NCBI GenBank assembly: GCA_041640455.1
Contig: JBEQAF010000066.1
Coordinates: 1-12,527, forward strand
Direction: 5' to 3'
DNA from: a bacterium
GTDB lineage: Bacteria > CALINM01
DNA: 12,527 nt
Shown here: piece after piece, positions 5,818 to 12,527 of the stretch
How positions within the stretch are numbered: position 1 is the first letter of the stretch
How the letters are laid out: every line of letters begins with the position of its first letter
Program-made: the position numbers and the translations under genes
Notes under the pieces: model-generated
What the model was told of the DNA's origin: nothing
Database searches by the model: none
What the model saw: only the letters and a program-made list of their open reading frames with translations

Positions 5818-8313
5818 ATGAAAGCAGTTATAATGGCAGGCGGATTTGGCACCAGATTAAGACCTCTTACCCAGAATATCCCCAAACCCATGGTACCGCT
5901 GGTAAACAAACCCATGATGGAACATATAATCAATCTATTGAAAAAATACGATATTAAAGATTTAATTATACTTCTGTTCTTCCAGGCAGATGCCATAGAA
6001 AGCTATTTCAAAGATGGGAAAGAATTCGGAGTAAATATTCAGTATATTTTACCGTCCGAAGATTTCGGAACAGCTGGTGCTGTAAAATTGGCAGAAAAGT
6101 ATCTGGCGGATACCTTTTTAGTCATTTCAGGAGATGTGCTTACTGATTTTCAGCTAAATAAGGCTGTAGAATTTCATAAAAAAAAGAAAGCCCATGCAAC
6201 CATCCTGCTTACAAGAGTTGAAAACCCTCTTCCATTTGGTATTGTAATAACAGAAAAAGACGGCAAGATAAAAAAATTTCTTGAAAAGCCCAGCTGGGGG
6301 GAGGTATTCAGCGATACAATAAATACAGGTATCTATGTTCTTGAGAAGGAAATCTTTGATTTTATTCCCGCAAACAAGGAGTTTGATTTTAGCAAAGACC
6401 TTTTTCCGCTTCTTATGAAAAAAAACAAAAGGCTTTATGGTGCGCTTATGGAAGGCTACTGGAAAGATGTGGGAAACCTTACAGAGTATAGGCTTGCCCA
6501 TCTGGATGTGCTTGATAGTAAAGTAAAAATTGATATGACTGGCAAAAAAATCAGGGAAAATGTAATTGCAGGTGAGGGCTGCGATATCGACATCTCTGTA
6601 AATATTGAGGGCGCAACGGTCATAGGCGATAATGTGAAGATTGAAAAAAATGCAGTTATTAGAAGCTCTGTTATTGGTAATAACTGTGTAATAGAAAAGG
6701 GGGCTAAGATTCTTGACTCTGTGCTCTGGGACGGAGTATATGCGGGCAAATACTGCGAGCTTAAGGAGTCGGTTGTAGGATTTAATACCATAATCAAGGA
6801 AGGAGCCCAGCTCTCGGAAGAGGTAGTGGTAGCTGATACATGTACAATTGGCAGTTTCAGTATATTAAAGCCTGGCGTTAAGGTCTGGCCAATGAAGACT
6901 GTGGAAGATGGTGCTATCCTGGCAAGCAGTCTTATCTGGGGAGAAAGCTGGTCTAAGTCAATTTTCGGTCCCTATGGAGTATGCGGTCTTGCGAATTTTG
7001 AAATAACACCTGAGTTTGCAGCCAGGCTCGGAGCTGCTTATGGCGCTACATTTAAAAAAGGTAGTTTCATAGCCACAGCAAGAGACCACCACCCCTCTTC
7101 AAGGATGATAAACAGAGCCTTTATGACGGGAGTTTTATCCACAGGCGTGAATATTCATGACTATGGGGTAATACCTGTATCTGTGGCAAGGTTTCTTACT
7201 AAAAAAGAAGGTGACAATGGCGGCATCTATACCAGAAAATCCCCCTTTGACCCGGATATAATTGATATGAAATTTTATGAGGAGAGAGGCATTGATATCG
7301 CCAGTGGCAAAGAGAAGTCCATCGAAAGATTTTTCCTTGGAGAAGATTTCAGGCGGGTCGGCATTGATGATACAGGACTGATCTCTTTTCCCAATGAGTT
7401 TTTAGAAAGCTATAAAAATGGATTTCTTGAAAAGATAAGGATAGATGAAATAGTAAAAAGGAAATTTAAAGTTGTAATAGACTTTTCTCACGGGAGCGCA
7501 GCCAACATATTCCCTTCCATTTTAGGCAAACTTAACTGTGATCTGATTGCCCTCAATGCTAACCTTGACAGCTCAAAGCTTACAAAAACCAAGCCTGAGT
7601 TTGAAAACTCGCTTAAGCAGTTGAGCAATATAGTCACATCCATTAACGCTGACCTTGGCATATTCTTAGATGCTGGTGGCGAAAAAATATATCTTATTGA
7701 CGAGAAGGGCGAGATATATGATGGGAAGATAACCCTGCTTATTTTTATCAAAATGCTTTTTGAAACAAGTAAAAATGTAAACAAGATAGCAGTACCTGTG
7801 AATGCCTCTATGATCTCCGAAGAGCTGGGGAAAAAGTATGGAGTGGAAATAGTTAGGACTAAGACATCAAGCCGTGCTATAATGGAGACAGCATTGCATA
7901 AGGATATCAGCTTTGTGGGAGAGAGCTATGGAGGTTATGTTTTTCCTGAATTTTTACCAGCCTTTGACGGTATGTACTCTATAGTCAAGGTTATGGAGTA
8001 TCTTTCTTTACTTAATACAAATCTCCATGAGCTTTACCGTACGATCCCCTATACTTACACTATCCACGAGGTTGTTCCCTGTCCATGGGAAAAAAAGGGG
8101 AAGATAATGAGATATCTGGTAGAAAAGACCGGGGAAGAAAAGACAACGCTTATTGACGGGATTAAGGTATCAAAAGATGATGGCTGGTATCTGGCTATCC
8201 CTTCACCCGATAAAGCATACTTTAATTTATACGCAGAAAGTTATGATAAAAAAAGGACTAAACAATTAATTGAGGAAGCAAAAAAGCTGCTTTTAAAAGG
8301 TATGGAGGCTTAA
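5818..8313 (+). CDS. Mannose-1-phosphate guanylyltransferase-like nucleotidyltransferase + left-handed beta-helix + degenerate phosphohexomutase domain fusion
   Basis: MKAVIMAGGFGTRLRPLT...PKPMVP, GTAGAV, SGDVLTD, FLEKP, INTGIY, DFSKDLFP and YWKDVG motifs, then hexapeptide repeats, then a PGM/PMM-like scaffold (FGPYGVCG, ITPEFAARLGAAYG, FDG, IDGIKV). SD-like GAGG upstream. Sugar specificity is inferred from the family. Confidence 0.9.
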   Translation: MKAVIMAGGFGTRLRPLTQNIPKPMVPLVNKPMMEHIINLLKKYDIKDLIILLFFQADAIESYFKDGKEFGVNIQYILPSEDFGTAGAVKLAEKYLADTFLVISGDVLTDFQLNKAVEFHKKKKAHATILLTRVENPLPFGIVITEKDGKIKKFLEKPSWGEVFSDTINTGIYVLEKEIFDFIPANKEFDFSKDLFPLLMKKNKRLYGALMEGYWKDVGNLTEYRLAHLDVLDSKVKIDMTGKKIRENVIAGEGCDIDISVNIEGATVIGDNVKIEKNAVIRSSVIGNNCVIEKGAKILDSVLWDGVYAGKYCELKESVVGFNTIIKEGAQLSEEVVVADTCTIGSFSILKPGVKVWPMKTVEDGAILASSLIWGESWSKSIFGPYGVCGLANFEITPEFAARLGAAYGATFKKGSFIATARDHHPSSRMINRAFMTGVLSTGVNIHDYGVIPVSVARFLTKKEGDNGGIYTRKSPFDPDIIDMKFYEERGIDIASGKEKSIERFFLGEDFRRVGIDDTGLISFPNEFLESYKNGFLEKIRIDEIVKRKFKVVIDFSHGSAANIFPSILGKLNCDLIALNANLDSSKLTKTKPEFENSLKQLSNIVTSINADLGIFLDAGGEKIYLIDEKGEIYDGKITLLIFIKMLFETSKNVNKIAVPVNASMISEELGKKYGVEIVRTKTSSRAIMETALHKDISFVGESYGGYVFPEFLPAFDGMYSIVKVMEYLSLLNTNLHELYRTIPYTYTIHEVVPCPWEKKGKIMRYLVEKTGEEKTTLIDGIKVSKDDGWYLAIPSPDKAYFNLYAESYDKKRTKQLIEEAKKLLLKGMEA

Positions 8314-8317
8314 AATT

Positions 8318-9754
8318 ATGAACCAGATAAAGTTTGGTACTTCAGGCTGGAGAGGAATAATTGGTGAGGAGTTTACCTTAGAAAGAGTAAGGGTTGTTAT
8401 CCAGTCAATAGCCGATTACATAATAAAAGAAGGATTGAAAGACAAAGGTGTAATAGTGGGAAATGATAGCAGGTTTATGGGTGAGTGGTTTGCCAGGGAG
8501 GCGGTTAAAATATTTGCTACCAATGGTATTAAATCCTACCTTGTTTCTCGGGAAACCCCCACTCCGGTCATATCCTTTGAGATATTAAGAAGAAAAACCG
8601 CCGGTGCTGTCAACTTTACTGCCAGCCATAATCCACCTGAGTATAACGGCATAAAATTTTCGCCCAACTGGGGCGGTCCCGCTCTGCCAGAAACTACAAG
8701 ATGGATTGAGAACAGAGCAAATGAGCTCCTCGGCACCATTTCTTACAAAGAGAGCTTTTCTTTTGATAAGCTAATTAAAGAGGGGCAGGCTGAAATTATA
8801 GACCCCCTTCCATATTACATTGATGACATTAAAAATAAAGTTGATTTCAAAACTATAGCCAGCTCCCAGCTTAAGGTTATCATAGACCCCATGTATGGTA
8901 CCGCAAGAGGATACATTGACAGGGTGCTGGAGGACGAAGGACTCCAATGTAAGGTAATTCATGATTTCCGTGACCCATATTTCGGTGTTTCTGCTCCCGA
9001 CCCGATGGAGAGCAATCTAAAGGAGATGATTGCCTGGCTAAAAGAAGACAAAAAACTATTTCTTGGTGTAGCAACCGATGGAGATGGAGACAGATTTGGC
9101 ATAGTGGACAAGGGAGGAGTTTTTATAGTGCCCAATCTAATACTCGCCATAATCTATTATTATCTTCTGAAATTCAGAGGCATGTCAGGCGGTGTGGGCA
9201 GGTCCTATGCAACCACCCATCTACTTGACCGGATAGCAAGAAAATTCAATCAGAAGGTTTATGAAACGCCTGTGGGGTTTAAATTTATCGGCGAGCTCAT
9301 ATCAAATAACCAGATCGTTCTCGGATGCGAGGAGAGCGCAGGATTATCAATTGCCGGGCATGTGCCCGAAAAAGATGGAATACTTGCTGCCCTGCTTGTC
9401 ATAGAGATTGTATCAAAAAGATGCATGACCGTTACTGAGCTAATAAAAGAGGTATTCCAGGAGGTTGGATCTCTATACTCAGAAAGAAAAAATTTCCTTA
9501 TCACGCCAGAGATCAAGGTAAGGTTTAAAGAGAAGCTCAAAAGTATCCCTTCATCATTTGCCGGACTTAAGGTTATTGACAAAAAGGAGATAGACGGCGT
9601 AAAAATCTATCTGGAAAAGGACTGCTGGCTGCTATTTAGAGAGTCTGGCACAGAGCCCGTGATAAGAATCTATGCAGAGGCAGAGGACAAAGAGACGCTA
9701 AATATGCTTATTGACAGTGGAAAAAAATTTATATTTGGAGAAGAAGAGATATGA
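8318..9754 (+). CDS. Phosphoglucomutase/phosphomannomutase (alpha-D-phosphohexomutase)
   Basis: IKFGTSGWRG, catalytic TASHNP, metal loop DGDGDR, sugar loop CEESAG, EKDG and phosphate-binding RESGTEP. SD GGAGG near 8304-8308. Confidence 0.95.
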   Translation: MNQIKFGTSGWRGIIGEEFTLERVRVVIQSIADYIIKEGLKDKGVIVGNDSRFMGEWFAREAVKIFATNGIKSYLVSRETPTPVISFEILRRKTAGAVNFTASHNPPEYNGIKFSPNWGGPALPETTRWIENRANELLGTISYKESFSFDKLIKEGQAEIIDPLPYYIDDIKNKVDFKTIASSQLKVIIDPMYGTARGYIDRVLEDEGLQCKVIHDFRDPYFGVSAPDPMESNLKEMIAWLKEDKKLFLGVATDGDGDRFGIVDKGGVFIVPNLILAIIYYYLLKFRGMSGGVGRSYATTHLLDRIARKFNQKVYETPVGFKFIGELISNNQIVLGCEESAGLSIAGHVPEKDGILAALLVIEIVSKRCMTVTELIKEVFQEVGSLYSERKNFLITPEIKVRFKEKLKSIPSSFAGLKVIDKKEIDGVKIYLEKDCWLLFRESGTEPVIRIYAEAEDKETLNMLIDSGKKFIFGEEEI

Positions 9755-10368
9755 TTTTTAAAAGATTTGTCACAGGAGTCCTTGAGGTCAACTGCTATAT
9801 AATAGCCGATGAAGAAACTAAGGAAGGGATACTGATTGATCCAGGAGATGCCTCGTCAGAGATACTTAATTTTATTAAAGAAAATCAGATAAAAATTAAG
9901 TATATTATAAACACTCACTGTCACTTTGACCATATAGGAGGAAATAGCTATTTCAAAACCCATACTGGAGCCCTTTTCGCCATACACAGGGCAGAAAAGC
10001 CCCTTCTCGACCGTGCAGAGATAGGTGCAAGTACCTGGGGATTTAGTATTGACAAATCTCCCGAGCCAGATCTTTATCTTGAGGAGGGAGATATACTAAA
10101 GGCAGGCAATCTTAACATAAATGTAATCCATACCCCCGGACACTCTCCTGGCGGAATATGCTTAAAGATAGAAGATAAAATAATTACAGGAGATACCCTG
10201 TTTGCCGGTGGAATAGGTAGAACGGACTTTCCAGGCGGCGATTATGATACCCTTATCAGATCAATCAAAGAGAAGCTTTTTATCTATCCCAATGATACAA
10301 AAATCTATCCCGGACATGGTCCTTCAAGCACCATAGAAAACGAAAAGATCTTTAATCCATTTTTTTAG
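9751..10368 (+). CDS. MBL-fold metallo-hydrolase, glyoxalase II-like (YcbL/GloC type)
   Basis: THCHFDHIGG (HxHxDH), HTPGHSPG, GDTLFAGGIGRTDFPGGD and YPGHGP. ATGA overlap with the upstream gene at 9751-9754. Confidence 0.92.
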   Translation: MIFKRFVTGVLEVNCYIIADEETKEGILIDPGDASSEILNFIKENQIKIKYIINTHCHFDHIGGNSYFKTHTGALFAIHRAEKPLLDRAEIGASTWGFSIDKSPEPDLYLEEGDILKAGNLNINVIHTPGHSPGGICLKIEDKIITGDTLFAGGIGRTDFPGGDYDTLIRSIKEKLFIYPNDTKIYPGHGPSSTIENEKIFNPFF

Positions 10369-10381
10369 GAGGAGTAAATTT

Positions 10382-10828
10382 ATGAAAAAAATTTTTCAGC
10401 TTGTCATCTGTCTCGGGGTTTTATTGATCCTCACACTTAACGCATCTGCACAGGATACAAAACAGGTAGAAAAAGGAGATGCCAAAAAAGAGGCAGCCAT
10501 TGAGGAGACTTTTATGCCTCACAGGGATATTAAAGATATCCCGGTACCTTATGTAATGAAGCTTAACAAAAACGGTACTTTTCTTTTTGAAACCAAAGGG
10601 GTTATGGTGGGGATAATTACCTATACGGGCAGGGTTGACGGCTACTCACTGGCAGAATCTTTAAAAAACAATCTACTGGAAGAAAAATGGATACTCCAGA
10701 ACTCTCTTAACTACAAAAACACTTCCAGCCTGAGCTTTGTAAAGGATCAACGGAGTCTTATAGTATTTATTGAAGAAGGCTTTTTCACAACTAAATTAGA
10801 ACTAAGAGTTGGTCTTATTAATCAGTAA
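10382..10828 (+). CDS. Hypothetical secreted/periplasmic protein
   Basis: 148 aa. Strong SD AGGAGG at 10367-10372. Sec-type signal peptide MKKIFQLVICLGVLLILTLNASA with an A-x-A cleavage site. No motif that I can assign to a function. Confidence 0.8.
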   Translation: MKKIFQLVICLGVLLILTLNASAQDTKQVEKGDAKKEAAIEETFMPHRDIKDIPVPYVMKLNKNGTFLFETKGVMVGIITYTGRVDGYSLAESLKNNLLEEKWILQNSLNYKNTSSLSFVKDQRSLIVFIEEGFFTTKLELRVGLINQ

Positions 10829-10833
10829 GGCAG

Positions 10834-10880
10834 ATTATTAGGGGACAGTGATTTATCCTGTCCTCCTTAATAATTTTTTT
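10834..10880 (+). terminator. Rho-independent terminator
   Basis: Inverted repeat ATTATTAGGGGACAG / CTGTCC(T)CC(T)TAATAAT with a 9-nt loop and two bulged Ts, running into a T7 tract. It starts 5 nt after the stop at 10828. Confidence 0.78.
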
Positions 10881-10888
10881 CATCTCCC

Positions 10889-10917
10889 TTGCATTTTTCA
10901 AAACCCGTGCTTAAATT
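10889..10917 (+). promoter_or_regulatory. Putative sigma70-type promoter of clpB
   Basis: TTGCAT (10889-10894), 17-bp spacer, TAAATT (10912-10917), located just after the terminator and 53 nt before the clpB ATG. Confidence 0.45.
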
Positions 10918-10970
10918 AAAAATATGATTATTTTTTGTGCAAATTAATATTTTTTAGCAGGGGAGACCAT

Positions 10971-12527
10971 ATGATAGACCTTGAAAAATTTACTATTAAA
11001 TCACAGGAAGCCATACAGGGCGCCTATTCCTTAGCCCAGAAACAGGGCAACCAGGCAATAGAGCCAGAACATCTTTTTTATACCCTTTTCAGTGACAAAA
11101 ACTCCGTCCCATCAAGAATAGTTGAGAAAATAGGTATAAATCTGAGCAGTTTGCTTGCACAGATTGAATCAAGAATTAAAAGTTTTAGCAAGGTTCAGGG
11201 TGGGCGGATAATATTCTCACCTGATCTGGAAAATATACTTGACAGGGCTTGGAGTGAGAAGGAAGAGTTAAAAGATGAGTATGTTAGCACCGAGCATCTT
11301 TTGCTGGGAGCGGTGACAGCAGAAAAAAGCTTTTCCAAATTTTTAATCTCTCAGGGGATTACTAAACAGGCAATACTATCGGTTTTACAACAGATAAGAG
11401 GACACCAGCGAGTAACCGATCAGAACCCAGAAGACAAATATCAGGCACTTGAAAAATACGGTAAAGATCTTACAGAGCTGGCAAGGAAGGGGAAGCTTGA
11501 CCCTGTTATCGGAAGGGATGAAGAGATAAGAAGGGTTATTCAGATCCTTTCAAGAAGGACAAAAAATAATCCTGTCCTTATCGGAGACCCAGGGGTTGGA
11601 AAAACTGCCATAGTTGAAGGGCTTGCTCAGCGCATTGTAAGCGGAGATGTGCCTGAGATGCTCAAAAACAAAAAAATTGTTGCACTTGATATGGGAGCTC
11701 TAATAGCAGGAACAAAATATAGAGGTGAGTTTGAAGACAGGCTAAAAGCAGTACTGAAAGAGGTAATAGAATCAGAAGGCAAGACCATTCTTTTTATAGA
11801 CGAGTTACATACTATAGTGGGAGCCGGTGCGGCAGAAGGTGCTATGGATGCGGGGAATATGATAAAACCGCCTCTTGCCAGAGGGGAACTGCATTGTATT
11901 GGCGCTACGACTGTTGATGAATATAGAAAACATATCGAAAAGGATGCGGCACTTGAGAGAAGATTTCAGCCCATATTTGTCAAAGAACCTTCTTTAGAAG
12001 ATACAATCGCCATTTTAAGGGGACTGAAAGAAAAATATGAAGTACACCATGGGGTAAGAATTAAGGACTCTGCTATAGTTGCTTCAGCTTATCTTTCAAA
12101 CAGATACATATCCGACAGATTCCTGCCCGATAAGGCTATTGACCTTATAGATGAAGCTGCCTCAAGGCTCAGAATTGAGATAGATAGCGTACCCACTGAG
12201 ATAGATGAAGTTCAGAGAAGACTCATACAGCTTGAGATAGAAAGGCAGGCACTGCTAAAAGAAAAAGACCCCACATCTAAGGAGAAACTAAAGGAGTTAG
12301 AAAAAGAAATAAGCAACCTTAATGAAGAGCTAAGCTCCCTGAAACTTATGTGGAACAAAGAAAAGGATAAGATTGCCGAAATAAGGGCTATAAAAGAAGA
12401 GATTGACAGGTTAAAAATTGATGAACAGGATGCTTTAAGGAAGGGAGACCTGACCAGAGCTTCCGAAATTAAATATGGGAAACTCATTGATCTGGAAAAA
12501 AATCTCCATAAAAAAAACGAAGAGCTT
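10971..12527 (+). CDS. clpB: ATP-dependent disaggregase ClpB (3'-truncated; absent from the ORF track because there is no stop codon in the window)
   Basis: ATG at 10971 after SD GGGGAG. Manual translation gives [15 protein letters not shown]...EPEHL (Clp N repeats), [39 protein letters not shown] (Walker A), pore loop [20 protein letters not shown] (Walker B), [26 protein letters not shown], and a long coiled-coil middle domain ending ASEIKYG, which distinguishes ClpB from ClpA/ClpC. Confidence 0.97.
   Translation, partial: MIDLEKFTIKSQEAIQGAYSLAQKQGNQAIEPEHLFYTLFSDKNSVPSRIVEKIGINLSSLLAQIESRIKSFSKVQGGRIIFSPDLENILDRAWSEKEELKDEYVSTEHLLLGAVTAEKSFSKFLISQGITKQAILSVLQQIRGHQRVTDQNPEDKYQALEKYGKDLTELARKGKLDPVIGRDEEIRRVIQILSRRTKNNPVLIGDPGVGKTAIVEGLAQRIVSGDVPEMLKNKKIVALDMGALIAGTKYRGEFEDRLKAVLKEVIESEGKTILFIDELHTIVGAGAAEGAMDAGNMIKPPLARGELHCIGATTVDEYRKHIEKDAALERRFQPIFVKEPSLEDTIAILRGLKEKYEVHHGVRIKDSAIVASAYLSNRYISDRFLPDKAIDLIDEAASRLRIEIDSVPTEIDEVQRRLIQLEIERQALLKEKDPTSKEKLKELEKEISNLNEELSSLKLMWNKEKDKIAEIRAIKEEIDRLKIDEQDALRKGDLTRASEIKYGKLIDLEKNLHKKNEEL

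Noticed and set aside
5220..5996. Minus-strand ORFs 5220-5420, 5536-5730 and 5658-5996
   Set aside because: Antisense shadows of the nitroreductase and nucleotidyltransferase genes.
8088..8100. A-run slippery-like sequence (GAAAAAAAGGGG) and other A/T homopolymers
   Set aside because: Expected from Lys codons in AT-rich DNA. The reading frames are intact, with no sign of frameshifting or phase variation.
6154..9582. Minus-strand ORFs within the two sugar-phosphate genes
   Set aside because: Antisense shadows with the Ser/Ile/Phe/Pro-rich composition typical of reverse-complemented coding DNA.
10954..10966. TTAGCAG resembling a CIRCE half-site
   Set aside because: Only a partial match, there is no second arm, and it runs into the clpB Shine-Dalgarno sequence.
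12212..12487. 91-aa minus-strand ORF
   Set aside because: Ser/Leu/Phe-rich mirror of the Glu/Lys-rich ClpB middle domain on the + strand.
10829..12527. Apparent 1.7-kb ORF-free region that could suggest an ncRNA or array
   Set aside because: It is explained by a terminator, a promoter and clpB running off the window end.

Overview
AT-rich, gene-dense bacterial chromosomal window with 11 supportable CDSs and no recognisable RNA genes, mobile elements or CRISPR arrays. On the + strand at the left end are a 5'-truncated dCache-HAMP-PAS sensor histidine kinase and a PaaI/hotdog thioesterase. These converge on a - strand three-gene unit: a membrane histidine kinase with a periplasmic CxxCH (c-type heme) motif, cysE, and a CoA-type Nudix hydrolase. 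Divergent from that unit is a + strand run of five genes: a nitroreductase, a sugar-1-phosphate nucleotidyltransferase fused to a degenerate phosphohexomutase domain, an intact PGM/PMM, an MBL-fold hydrolase and a secreted hypothetical protein. An intrinsic terminator follows, then clpB (3'-truncated and missed by the ORF track). Most of the content is housekeeping. The best leads are the heme-c sensor kinase coupled to cysE and the CoA Nudix gene, two orphan kinases with atypical catalytic motifs, a complete amino-acid-binding dCache motif upstream of the ORF-track start, and back-to-back extended -10 promoters that imply leaderless transcripts. I cannot confirm from sequence alone that any of these is an undescribed system.
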